From Burkholderiales bacterium (lineage in GTDB: Bacteria; Pseudomonadota; Gammaproteobacteria; Burkholderiales; SHXO01), in the NCBI GenBank assembly GCA_046714645.1, contig JBKKAO010000360.1, positions 1-27,224 on the forward strand: a stretch of 27,224 nt of DNA, given 5' to 3'. Positions 18,352 to 27,224 of this stretch are shown in pieces (within the stretch, counting starts at the first letter, position 1; every line of letters starts with the position of its first letter). Below the pieces are notes generated by a model, which worked only from the letters and a program-made list of their open reading frames with translations, ran no database searches and had not been told where the DNA came from. The position numbers were made by a program, and so were the translations under genes.

Positions 18352-18878
18352 TGCGAGCCTTAGGAATTGCACTTTGTACTGTCCCCTTTTTGGTGGCGTG
18401 CGGCGCCAGCGAATTTCAAGACTTGAAGGAGTTCGTCAATCAATCGGGTAGCGGCCTACGCGGGAAGGTGGAGCCGCTCCCTCAGGTGGCGGTTTACGAA
18501 CCGTTTGCCTACAACGGTTTTGATCTGCCCAACCCTTTTGCGCCGCGCAAGAAAGAGGCAAGTAGAGCCGCTGGCTCAGGTCCGCAGCCGGATACAGACC
18601 GCAAACGAGAAGCGCTCGAGGCCTTTCCACTCGAGAGCTTGAAGATGGTCGGTGTATTGGAGCGCGCGAACCATCATTGGGCGATCATCAAGACGCCCGA
18701 CCACAACCTCTACCGTGTGCATCCGGGCAATTACATGGGGCAGAACTTCGGCAAGATCACCATGGTTACAGATGGAACGGTGAACCTTCTGGAAATCATT
18801 CAAGACACCACCACCGGCAGTTGGAGCGAACGAACCAGCACGCTGCAACTAATCGAGGAAGAGGAGCCAAATAAATGA
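18348..18878 (+). CDS. pilP: Type IV pilus assembly lipoprotein PilP
   Basis: Lipobox LVAC, VEPLP, NPF, RKREALEAFPLESLKMVG, GNYMGQNFGKI, WSER. Confidence 0.95.
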   Translation: MMRALGIALCTVPFLVACGASEFQDLKEFVNQSGSGLRGKVEPLPQVAVYEPFAYNGFDLPNPFAPRKKEASRAAGSGPQPDTDRKREALEAFPLESLKMVGVLERANHHWAIIKTPDHNLYRVHPGNYMGQNFGKITMVTDGTVNLLEIIQDTTTGSWSERTSTLQLIEEEEPNK

Positions 18879-20989
18879 CGTGCTATTCAGTGTCGCGCTT
18901 TACGGGATTTATCTACGCTGTGGCGATAAGCCTGCTGCTTGCTCCTGGTTCTTACGCTCAGAGCGTGAAGCCGGGAAATGCGCTGCAAAATATCGACGTG
19001 GAATCTCAAAGCGGAAAAGTCGTCGTCAAGCTCAAACTCAAGCAAGCGCTGTCCAGCGCTCCGGCAGGGTTCAGTTTGTCCAACCCTCCGCGCGTGGCCT
19101 TCGATTTTCCCATCTTAGAGAACGAGACCGGGCGGACTTCTCAAGACGTGAGCGAGGGCGATTTGCGATCCATCCGGGTGGGAGAGGGAGGCAACCGCAC
19201 GCGCGTGGTGTTTACTCTATCGCGGTCGATGACTTATGACGCTAAAGTCGATGGGCAAAATGTTGTCATCACTTTGATAGGTGGCGCGCAGGAGGCGGCT
19301 CGCTTTGCCGAGGACAAACCCGCAAAACAACCCCACTTTGTGAAGAAGCTGGACTTCAAGCGCGGCCGAAATGGGGAGGGCCAAGTCGTGATCGATTTAT
19401 CCGATACCGGGACCGGGATCGACATTCGCCAACAGGGTAAGAACGTTGTCGTAGACTTGCTTCAGACGGATCTAGCGAAGGCCATGGAGAAGCGCTTCGA
19501 CGTCACGGACTTTGGTACTCCAGTGGAGTACTTTGAAGCAGCCTCCGTGGGCGAACACACGCGGGTCACCATTCACGGCAAGGGCAAGTGGGAACAAGCG
19601 GCCTACCAGACCGATACCCGTTTCGTGATCGAACTTAAACCTTTCATCGAAACCCCAGGAGTTCAGCGTAAGACCGGTTTCACTGGAGAGAAGCTTTCGC
19701 TGAATTTTCAGAACGTGGAAGTGCGAGCGGTGCTGCAGGTTATCGCGGACTTCACTGGACTGAACATCGTGACCAGTGACACGGTGTCGGGTAATCTGAC
19801 TCTGCGTTTGAAGGATGTGCCCTGGGATCAATCCCTCGACATCATTCTCCAAGCCAAGGGTCTGGATATGCGTAAGAACGGCAACGTGGTCTGGATCGCA
19901 CCTAGGGACGAGCTTGCGACGAAGGAAAAGCTGGCCTACGAGTCCCAGAACCAGATCCAAGAGCTCGAGCCCTTGCGCACGGAGAGTTTTCAATTGAATT
20001 ATCAGAAGGCAGACGCAATACAGAAACTCATCACTGATCCGCAGCAAAAAGTGCTGTCAAAGCGCGGCAGTGCGGTGGTCGATCCGCGTACCAACACGCT
20101 CTTCGTGCAAGAAACCCCCAGTAAGCTCGAAGAAGTGCGCGCGCTGATTAAGCAGATCGATGTTTCTGTCCGCCAGGTACTGATCGAATCTAGGATCGTC
20201 GAAGCAAAAGATACTTTCGCTAGAAATATCGGTGCGCGATTGGGTACGGTTGATGTCGCCGCGCTGCGCGGAGGAAAGAACGGCGGGCGCCTTTCCAATG
20301 GCGTTCGAATCGTGGCAGGGGGCAATGTCCGAAGCATGGGCGTTACCAACGGCATCGCTGAGGACTATTCGCAGAGTTTCTTCCCGGATTCGTTCAGTGT
20401 AAACATGCCGGCCGCGGGCATCAACGGGGTCTCGGCCGGACAGTTTGGTGTAAGTCTGTTCAACTCGGCAATGACGAGGTTTCTCAATCTCGAGGTGTCC
20501 GCGCTGCAAGCGGATGGGAAGGGCAAGATCATCTCCAGCCCGCGAGTGATTACCGCGGACAATGTCGAGGCCATCATCGAACAAGGCACGGAGATCCCTT
20601 ATCAACAGGCAACAAGCAGCGGGGCGACCAGTATCGCGTTCCGCAAGGCAACCTTAAGCCTCAAGGTCAAGCCGCAGATTACCCCTGACGACAACGTCAT
20701 CATGAAACTCGAGGTTCATAAGGACAGCGTCGGTCAGACAACCACGGCGGGTCCTTCGATCGACACCAAACAGGTCGTCACAGAAGTGCTGGTGGAGAAT
20801 GGTGGCACCGTGGGTATCGGCGGTATCTTTACTCAGGACGAAGACAAGACGGTCACGAAAGTACCCTTCCTCGGCGACATCCCGATCATTGGCACCTTCT
20901 TCAAGAGCGAGACATCGAAGAACGATCGCAAGGAACTCCTGATCTTCGTTACGCCCAAGATCATGCGAGACAACCTAACCACTCGCTAG
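18875..20989 (+). CDS. pilQ: Type IV pilus secretin PilQ
   Basis: Signal peptide, AMIN-like region, GEKLSLNFQNVEVR, VPWDQ, RQVLIESRIVEA, GKIISSPRV, GTEIPYQ, VPFLGDIPIIG..F, ELLIFVTPKI; 704 aa. Confidence 0.97.
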   Translation: MTCYSVSRFTGFIYAVAISLLLAPGSYAQSVKPGNALQNIDVESQSGKVVVKLKLKQALSSAPAGFSLSNPPRVAFDFPILENETGRTSQDVSEGDLRSIRVGEGGNRTRVVFTLSRSMTYDAKVDGQNVVITLIGGAQEAARFAEDKPAKQPHFVKKLDFKRGRNGEGQVVIDLSDTGTGIDIRQQGKNVVVDLLQTDLAKAMEKRFDVTDFGTPVEYFEAASVGEHTRVTIHGKGKWEQAAYQTDTRFVIELKPFIETPGVQRKTGFTGEKLSLNFQNVEVRAVLQVIADFTGLNIVTSDTVSGNLTLRLKDVPWDQSLDIILQAKGLDMRKNGNVVWIAPRDELATKEKLAYESQNQIQELEPLRTESFQLNYQKADAIQKLITDPQQKVLSKRGSAVVDPRTNTLFVQETPSKLEEVRALIKQIDVSVRQVLIESRIVEAKDTFARNIGARLGTVDVAALRGGKNGGRLSNGVRIVAGGNVRSMGVTNGIAEDYSQSFFPDSFSVNMPAAGINGVSAGQFGVSLFNSAMTRFLNLEVSALQADGKGKIISSPRVITADNVEAIIEQGTEIPYQQATSSGATSIAFRKATLSLKVKPQITPDDNVIMKLEVHKDSVGQTTTAGPSIDTKQVVTEVLVENGGTVGIGGIFTQDEDKTVTKVPFLGDIPIIGTFFKSETSKNDRKELLIFVTPKIMRDNLTTR

Positions 20990-21008
20990 CCGCCTCACGC
21001 GTTGACAG

Positions 21009-21047
21009 AACGGCCCGCCAAGCTAAGCCTGGCGGGCCGTTCCTTTG
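21009..21047 (+). terminator. Probable intrinsic terminator after pilQ
   Basis: Perfect 12-bp stem AACGGCCCGCCA / TGGCGGGCCGTT with 9-nt loop, followed by CCTTTG (weak U-tract). Confidence 0.7.
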
Positions 21048-21075
21048 TAGGGGACCGATTCGTTAGAATGTGCCT

Positions 21076-21675
21076 ATGCGCCGGTCACTTTATCCAATTG
21101 CTACGCATTCAAAGAGCTTTCCGCGGAATATTTTTCTCATCGGCATGATGGGGGCGGGGAAGACCTCCGTCGGCCGTCTCTTAGCTAAGCGATTGGGAAA
21201 AGCGTTCTACGATTCCGACCAAGTGATCGAGTCACGAACCGGCGTCAAGATTCCCGTTATCTTCGATGTGGAGGGCGAGGCGGGCTTCCGTCAACGGGAG
21301 CGTGCCATCATCGATGAGCTTTCGGGATTGGAAAGAATCGTACTGGCCACCGGAGGCGGCGCAGTACTCACCGAGCACAATCGCCAATGCCTGCGTGCGC
21401 GCGGCACCGTCGTATATCTCCGCGCCTCGGTGCAGGATTTGTGGAATCGCACCCGGCAAGACAAGAACCGGCCGTTGCTAAAAACCGCCGATCCATTGGC
21501 CAGACTTACCGAACTGCATGCGCACCGCGACCCCATCTATCAAGAGCTCGCCCACGTAACCATGGACACCGGCCGCCAGAGCTTGCGGGCGTTGGTCGAG
21601 CGTCTTGAAAACCGGCTGGCGGCCGCGCAGGGTAAGCCGCCGGCGGCTGGCCTGGGCATGCCTCAAGGAACCTGA
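21076..21675 (+). CDS. aroK: Shikimate kinase
   Basis: [13 protein letters not shown] Walker [31 protein letters not shown]. Start ATG 21076 (GTG 21070 alternative). Confidence 0.96.
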   Translation: MRRSLYPIATHSKSFPRNIFLIGMMGAGKTSVGRLLAKRLGKAFYDSDQVIESRTGVKIPVIFDVEGEAGFRQRERAIIDELSGLERIVLATGGGAVLTEHNRQCLRARGTVVYLRASVQDLWNRTRQDKNRPLLKTADPLARLTELHAHRDPIYQELAHVTMDTGRQSLRALVERLENRLAAAQGKPPAAGLGMPQGT

Positions 21676-21676
21676 C

Positions 21677-22756
21677 GTGCAGACGATTCGCGTTGACTTA
21701 GGCGATCGGGCATATCCCATACACGTAGGAGCGAACCTACTAGCGGGTGATTTGATTCAAAGCCATCTTGCACAGCCGCGTGTGGCCATTGTCACTAATC
21801 CCACGGTGGAGCGCTTGTATTTCAGCGCTCTCGAGCAACCGCTTCTAGCGCAAGGGGTGAAGGTATTAAAGATCGTCCTTCCAGACGGAGAAGCCTTCAA
21901 GACCTGGGAGACGCTCAATGTCGTATTTGACGAGTTGCTCACCCATCACTGCGAGCGTAAGACTACGCTCATCGCCCTAGGCGGCGGGGTGATCGGTGAC
22001 ATTACCGGATTCGCCGCCGCGAGTTATCAGCGCGGAGTACCTTTCATCCAGATCCCAACCACGCTGTTAGCGCAGGTGGATTCCTCCGTGGGAGGTAAGA
22101 CCGGCATTAACCACCCGCGTGGCAAGAACATGATCGGCGCCTTCTACCAGCCGCGCCTGGTGCTGGCGGATACCAGTACGCTATTAACGCTTCCGGATCG
22201 CGAAATGAGGGCCGGTCTAGCCGAAGTGATCAAATACGGCCTCATCTGGGATGCGCACTTCTTCGCCTGGCTAGAAGGCAACCTCGATGCGCTGCTCAAT
22301 AAAGACGCAGATGCCTTGACGCACGCCATCAAACGCTCCTGTGAGATCAAAGCCCAGGTGGTGGGGCAAGATGAACGGGAAACCGGCATTCGGGCCATTC
22401 TCAATCTAGGACACACCTTCGGCCACGCCATCGAAGCGGGCCTGGGTTTCGGGCGCTGGCTCCACGGCGAAGCGGTCGCCGCCGGTATGGTCATGGCCGC
22501 GCAACTTTCCCGCGCCATGGGCGATCTGACCGGCGAAGACCTCGGCCGTATTGTAGGGATTCTCAGGCGCGCCGGACTTCCCGTGGTGGGCCCTGGATTG
22601 GGCACCTCCCGTTACCTAGAGTTGATGGGGCTGGACAAGAAGGTGGAGGACGGAAAACTGCGCCTCGTGCTCTACAAGAAGATCGGGGCGGCGCAAGTGA
22701 GCGCTGGTTTTCCGTACGATCACCTGGAAGCCGTCCTCGCTGCCGCTGGCGGTTAA
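21677..22756 (+). CDS. aroB: 3-dehydroquinate synthase
   Basis: [68 protein letters not shown] start 21677 with AAGGA SD (359 aa). Confidence 0.97.
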   Translation: MQTIRVDLGDRAYPIHVGANLLAGDLIQSHLAQPRVAIVTNPTVERLYFSALEQPLLAQGVKVLKIVLPDGEAFKTWETLNVVFDELLTHHCERKTTLIALGGGVIGDITGFAAASYQRGVPFIQIPTTLLAQVDSSVGGKTGINHPRGKNMIGAFYQPRLVLADTSTLLTLPDREMRAGLAEVIKYGLIWDAHFFAWLEGNLDALLNKDADALTHAIKRSCEIKAQVVGQDERETGIRAILNLGHTFGHAIEAGLGFGRWLHGEAVAAGMVMAAQLSRAMGDLTGEDLGRIVGILRRAGLPVVGPGLGTSRYLELMGLDKKVEDGKLRLVLYKKIGAAQVSAGFPYDHLEAVLAAAGG

Positions 22757-22934
22757 ACAGCCGGCAACGGGCAACAAGTTCCGCTCGCATGTTGAAGGAC
22801 CCAGCCTCGCCGGGTAGACTTAAAGGTTCCCGCTGAAGATTCACCAAGGTTTCGTCTAATCCACGGATGCCCATTGAGCGGCGGGTACGTCGAACCCGTA
22901 TTCACAAGCGCGGCCCCGCCGAGACTCGGGACGC

Positions 22935-22947
22935 GGGAGGTGCTCCC
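22935..22947 (+). promoter_or_regulatory. gltB Shine-Dalgarno sequence inside a short hairpin abutting the start codon
   Basis: GGGAG-GTG-CTCCC-ATG; the SD GGAGG lies in the 5' arm of the stem. Confidence 0.5.
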
Positions 22948-25900
22948 ATGACTCATCCAATGCTGCCAGAAAGACAGGGGTTGTACGACCCTAGGAACGA
23001 ACACGACGCCTGTGGCGTGGGTTTTGTCGCCCATATCAAGGGCAAGAAGACCCATACCATTGTGGAGCATGGCCTGCAGATCCTGCGCAACCTCACCCAT
23101 CGCGGCGCGGTCGGGGCGGATCCTCTGGCGGGCGATGGTGCCGGCATCCTGCTCCAGATTCCGGACCGGTTTTTCCGCGAAGAGATGGCGAAACAGGGGG
23201 TGAACCTGCCGCCCCTGGGTGAGTACGGCGTGGGCATCGTCTTCTTGCCGCAGGAGCCCGCCTCCCGCATTGCTTGTGAGTACGAGATCGAGCGCGCCAT
23301 CAAGGACGAAGGCCAGATCCTATTGGGCTGGCGCGACGTGCCCCGGGATAATGCCGGCCTGGGTGAGACGGTCAAGAAGATCGAGCCGGTGATCCGGCAG
23401 GTATTCATCGGGCGCGGTGGCGAGGTCACGGTGACTGACGCCTTGGAGCGTAAGCTCTACATTATCCGCAAGGTCTCCGGTCACGCCATACAGGCGCTCA
23501 AGCTGGCCCATGGCAAGGAGTTCTACGTTCCCTCCATGTCCGCCCGCACGGTGGTCTACAAGGGCATGTTGCTAGCCCACCAGGTTGGCACCTACTATCT
23601 GGATCTGCAAGATTCTCGCGTCGTGTCGGCACTGGCTTTGGTGCATCAGCGCTTCTCCACCAACACCTTCCCCACCTGGGATCTGTCCCATCCCTTCCGC
23701 ATGATCGCCCACAACGGCGAGATCAACACCTTGCGCGGAAATGTCAACTGGATTCGCGCCCGCGAGGGGGCCATATCGAGCCCCATCCTGGGAGACGATC
23801 TGAAGAAACTCTGGCCGCTGATTTACGACGGTCAATCCGACTCCGCTTCCTTCGATAACGCCCTCGAGCTACTGGTCATGGGCGGCTATTCCGTGGCCCA
23901 CGCGGTCATGATGATGATCCCCGAGGCTTGGGAAGGCCACACCTTGATGGACGCCAACCGCCGCGCTTTCTACGAGTACCACGCGGCCATGATGGAGCCC
24001 TGGGACGGCCCGGCCGCCATAGCCTTCACCGACGGCAAGCAAATCGGCGCGACCTTGGACCGCAATGGACTGCGCCCGGCGCGCTACATCGTCACCGATG
24101 ACGACCTGGTAGTGATGGGCTCGGAGTGCGGCTGCTTGCCCATTCCGGAAGAGAAGATCATCAAGAAGTGGCGCCTGCAGCCCGGCAAGATGTTTCTGGT
24201 GGACATCGAAGCCGGCCGCATCATCGACGACACGGAATTGAAGGAAGCGCTGGCCAAGACCAAGCCCTATCGCGAGTGGATCGAGCGCATCCGCATCAAG
24301 CTGGACGATATTCCCGCGCTCAGCCAAGCCCGCGAGCAATCGAAGGAAACGCTGCTGGATCGCCAGCAATCCTTCGCCTACACCCAGGAGGACATCAAGT
24401 TCATCTTGACCCCCATGGGCAGCAACGGCGAGGAACTGGTGGGTTCCATGGGGAACGACTCGCCCCTGGCGGTGCTTTCGGACAAGAACAAGACGCTGTA
24501 TCACTACTTCAAACAGTTGTTCCCACAGGTGACCAACCCGGCCATCGACCCCATACGCGAAGAACTGGTCATGTCGTTGGTGTCCTACGTCGGTCCCAAG
24601 CCCAACTTGTTGGGTATCGACGAAGTCAATCCACCTCTTCGCTTGGAAGTCAGCCAGCCGGTGCTGGATTTCGAGCAGATGGAAACCATCCGCCATATCG
24701 AGTCGCATACCCAGGGCAAGTTCAAGTCCTACGAGTTGGACCTCACCTATCCGGTGGCGTGGGGCAAGGTGGCCATTGAGGCGCGGTTAGCCAGCCTGTG
24801 CGCTATGGCGGAAGACGCGGTGCGTAGCGGCTTCACCATACTGATCCTCTCCGACCGGAAAACCGATCGCGAGCGCGTGGCCATCCCGGCCTTGTTGGCC
24901 GTGGCCTTCATTCATCAACACCTGGTCAATCGCGGGTTGCGTACCTCCACGGGCCTGGTGGTGGAAACCGGTTCGGCGCGTGAGGTGCATCACTTCGCGT
25001 TGCTGGGCGGATACGGAGCGGAGGCCGTGCATCCCTACCTTGCTTTCGAGACCGTCATGCAACTGGCAGAGGCCGGAAGACTCGGCGAGACGGATGGCAA
25101 GAAGGCCTGCAAGAGCTTCGTCAAAGCGGTAGGCAAGGGCCTACGCAAGGTGATGTCCAAGATGGGCATCTCCACCTATATGTCCTACACCGGCGCCCAG
25201 ATTTTCGAGGCCGTAGGTTTGTCGCGTGCGCTGGTGGACAAGTATTTCGCGGGCACCACCTCCAACGTGGAAGGCATCGGCGTATTCGAAGTGGCGGAAG
25301 AGGCCATTCGCGTGCACAAGAACGCCTTCGGTCAGGATCCCGTGTTGTCTCAACAATTGGATACCGGTGGGGAGTACGCTTTCCGGGTGCGCGGCGAAGA
25401 GCATATGTGGACACCGGACGCTATCGCCAAGCTTCAACACTCCACTCGTGAGAACTCCTATGCGACGTACAAGGAGTACGCGCAGATCATCAACGACCAG
25501 AGCAAGCGCCATATGACCTTGCGCGGCTTGTTCGAGTTCAAGTTCGATCCATCCAAATCGGTGCCTATCGAGGAAGTCGAGCCCGTCGCTGATATCGTGA
25601 AGCGTTTCTCCACCGGTGCGATGTCGCTAGGGTCCATCTCCACGGAGGCGCACACCACACTCGCCATTGCCATGAACCGCATCGGTGGCAAATCCAACAC
25701 TGGTGAGGGTGGCGAGGACCGCAAGCGTTACGCCCCCGTCAAGGCCGGTGAAACGCTGGCATCGCGCATCGGCAGGGATCGCATCGAGCGCGACCTCGAA
25801 CTTGAGGAAGGCGATCTACTCAAGTCCAAGATCAAACAGGTGGCCTCTGGCCGCTTCGGCGTTACGGCGGAGTATCTGGCCAGCGCCGAACAGTTGCAGA

Positions 25901-27224
25901 TCAAGGTGGCGCAAGGCGCCAAGCCGGGTGAGGGCGGGCAGTTGCCCGGAAAGAAAGTCTCCGAGTACATCGCGGAACTGCGCTATTCCACTCCCGGCGT
26001 GGAACTAATCTCGCCGCCGCCTCATCACGATATCTACTCCATCGAGGATTTGGCGCAGTTGGTTCATGATCTGAAGAACGCCAATCCCAAGGCGTCCATC
26101 AGCGTCAAACTGGTGTCCGAAATCGGTGTGGGGACAGTCGCCGCGGGCGTTGCGAAAGCCAAGTCCGATCACGTCACCATCGCTGGTCACGACGGCGGCA
26201 CGGGTGCTAGCCCCTGGAGTTCCATCAAGCATGCGGGGTCGCCGTGGGAGTTGGGTCTGGCTGAAACCCAGCAGACTCTCGTGCTCAACCGGTTGCGCGG
26301 CCGTATCGCGGTGCAAGTGGACGGCCAGTTGAAGACAGGCCGGGACGTCGCCATTGGCGCCATCCTCGGCGCGGACGAATTCGGGTTCGCCACCGCACCC
26401 CTGGTCGTCACCGGCTGCATCATGATGCGAAAGTGCCACCTCAATACCTGCCCCGTCGGCGTTGCGACCCAAGACCCGGTGCTGCGCAGGAAATTCCGCG
26501 GGCAGCCCGAGCATGTCATCAACTACTTCTTCTTTGTCGCCCAAGAGCTGCGCGAGATCATGGCGCAACTCGGTATTCGGAATCTGAACGATCTCATCGG
26601 CCGCGCCGACTTGCTAGACATGAAGAAAGGCATCGAACACTGGAAGGCGAAGGGCTTGGATTTCGGCCGCATCTTCTACATGCCTAACATGCCGGCCGAC
26701 GTTGCGCGTTACCACGACCAAACGCAGGATCACGGTTTGGAGAAGGCGCTGGATCACCGGCTGATCGAACTGGCGCGTCCTGCCTTGGAGCGAAAAGAAA
26801 AGGTCGTCATCGAGACGCCCATCCGTAACATCAACCGCACCGTAGGCACCATGCTCTCGGGCGAGATCGCGCAGCGTTACGGGCACGAAGGACTACCGGA
26901 TGAAACCGTCCATGTGCGTCTGGCGGGCTCGGCGGGGCAGAGCTTTGGTGCCTTCCTCGCCAAGGGCGTGTGGCTGGATCTCATCGGCGAGACCAACGAT
27001 TACTGCGGCAAAGGGCTTTCCGGCGGCCGCGTCTCCGTGCAGCCCTCGGCCAAATTCCGCGGGGAGTCCACCGGCAATATGATCACCGGCAATGTGGTGC
27101 TCTACGGCGCCATCGCCGGTGAGGCTTATTTCCGGGGCGTTGCCGGCGAGCGTTTCGCCGTGCGTAACTCCGGCGCCCATGCGGTGGTGGAGGGTGCGGG
27201 CGACCACGGCTGCGAGTACATGAC
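22948..27224 (+). CDS. gltB: Glutamate synthase large subunit, partial (runs off the window end)
   Basis: Read by hand in frame from ATG 22948 with no stop seen (absent from the ORF track because it has no stop): propeptide then [68 protein letters not shown] (3Fe-4S), [11 protein letters not shown]. Confidence 0.98.
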   Translation, partial: MTHPMLPERQGLYDPRNEHDACGVGFVAHIKGKKTHTIVEHGLQILRNLTHRGAVGADPLAGDGAGILLQIPDRFFREEMAKQGVNLPPLGEYGVGIVFLPQEPASRIACEYEIERAIKDEGQILLGWRDVPRDNAGLGETVKKIEPVIRQVFIGRGGEVTVTDALERKLYIIRKVSGHAIQALKLAHGKEFYVPSMSARTVVYKGMLLAHQVGTYYLDLQDSRVVSALALVHQRFSTNTFPTWDLSHPFRMIAHNGEINTLRGNVNWIRAREGAISSPILGDDLKKLWPLIYDGQSDSASFDNALELLVMGGYSVAHAVMMMIPEAWEGHTLMDANRRAFYEYHAAMMEPWDGPAAIAFTDGKQIGATLDRNGLRPARYIVTDDDLVVMGSECGCLPIPEEKIIKKWRLQPGKMFLVDIEAGRIIDDTELKEALAKTKPYREWIERIRIKLDDIPALSQAREQSKETLLDRQQSFAYTQEDIKFILTPMGSNGEELVGSMGNDSPLAVLSDKNKTLYHYFKQLFPQVTNPAIDPIREELVMSLVSYVGPKPNLLGIDEVNPPLRLEVSQPVLDFEQMETIRHIESHTQGKFKSYELDLTYPVAWGKVAIEARLASLCAMAEDAVRSGFTILILSDRKTDRERVAIPALLAVAFIHQHLVNRGLRTSTGLVVETGSAREVHHFALLGGYGAEAVHPYLAFETVMQLAEAGRLGETDGKKACKSFVKAVGKGLRKVMSKMGISTYMSYTGAQIFEAVGLSRALVDKYFAGTTSNVEGIGVFEVAEEAIRVHKNAFGQDPVLSQQLDTGGEYAFRVRGEEHMWTPDAIAKLQHSTRENSYATYKEYAQIINDQSKRHMTLRGLFEFKFDPSKSVPIEEVEPVADIVKRFSTGAMSLGSISTEAHTTLAIAMNRIGGKSNTGEGGEDRKRYAPVKAGETLASRIGRDRIERDLELEEGDLLKSKIKQVASGRFGVTAEYLASAEQLQIKVAQGAKPGEGGQLPGKKVSEYIAELRYSTPGVELISPPPHHDIYSIEDLAQLVHDLKNANPKASISVKLVSEIGVGTVAAGVAKAKSDHVTIAGHDGGTGASPWSSIKHAGSPWELGLAETQQTLVLNRLRGRIAVQVDGQLKTGRDVAIGAILGADEFGFATAPLVVTGCIMMRKCHLNTCPVGVATQDPVLRRKFRGQPEHVINYFFFVAQELREIMAQLGIRNLNDLIGRADLLDMKKGIEHWKAKGLDFGRIFYMPNMPADVARYHDQTQDHGLEKALDHRLIELARPALERKEKVVIETPIRNINRTVGTMLSGEIAQRYGHEGLPDETVHVRLAGSAGQSFGAFLAKGVWLDLIGETNDYCGKGLSGGRVSVQPSAKFRGESTGNMITGNVVLYGAIAGEAYFRGVAGERFAVRNSGAHAVVEGAGDHGCEYM

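Noticed and set aside
21002-21007. Perfect TTGACA just before the pilQ hairpin
   Set aside because: No acceptable -10 at 16-18 nt spacing (TAAGCC, AAGCCT, AGCCTG).
21635-21648. Perfect 14-bp palindrome AGCCGCCGGCGGCT in the aroK tail
   Set aside because: Single, GC-only core within coding sequence and not repeated in the window; likely chance.
22789-22836. 15-codon upstream ORF (MLKDPASPGRLKGSR) before gltB
   Set aside because: No SD, no Gln/Glu codon run and no attenuator-terminator; not a credible leader peptide.
22867-22947. In-frame upstream ATG extending GltB by 27 aa
   Set aside because: The GGAGG SD is correctly spaced for ATG 22948, and the extension is not GltB-like.
25735-25815. 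Roughly 25-aa insertion in the GltB FMN domain between GEGGED and SKIKQVASG
   Set aside because: From recall, similar insertions are common in betaproteobacterial GltB; no intein or splice motifs. A lineage marker only.
22753-27207. Many ORFs antisense or out of frame to gltB, including the 279-aa ORF 23869-24708 and the 217-aa ORF 24126-24779
   Set aside because: Shadow ORFs of a GC3-biased gene; no recognisable motifs, and gltB occupies the region in one continuous frame.

Overview
Dense core-chromosome housekeeping region of a betaproteobacterium (inferred from protein sequences and gene order; roughly 58-60% GC by eye). No mobile element, CRISPR array, rRNA or tRNA was seen. Gene order: partial PaiB-like gene, murU and amgK (minus); lptD-surA-rsmA (plus, without the usual pdxA); gloA and rubredoxin (minus); thiD-thiE-hemL (plus); diheme cytochrome c4 (minus); engB (plus); a probable anti-hemB-type sRNA (minus); hemB (plus); frameshifted YcgR/PilZ gene, conserved hypothetical gene and mrcA (minus); pilMNOPQ, aroK, aroB and partial gltB (plus). 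I see no clear novel multi-gene system. The best leads are: (1) a three-hairpin sRNA with anti-Shine-Dalgarno loops behind a sigmaE-like promoter, with an 8-nt match to the hairpin-occluded gltB ribosome-binding site; (2) an unusual mrcA-hypothetical-ycgR unit divergent from the pilus operon, with ycgR broken by a 1-nt frameshift near two C5 tracts; (3) absence of pdxA from its usual position; (4) three -10 boxes sitting 6-7 nt before an ATG, suggesting leaderless mRNAs. All family assignments come from motif recognition, not database searches.
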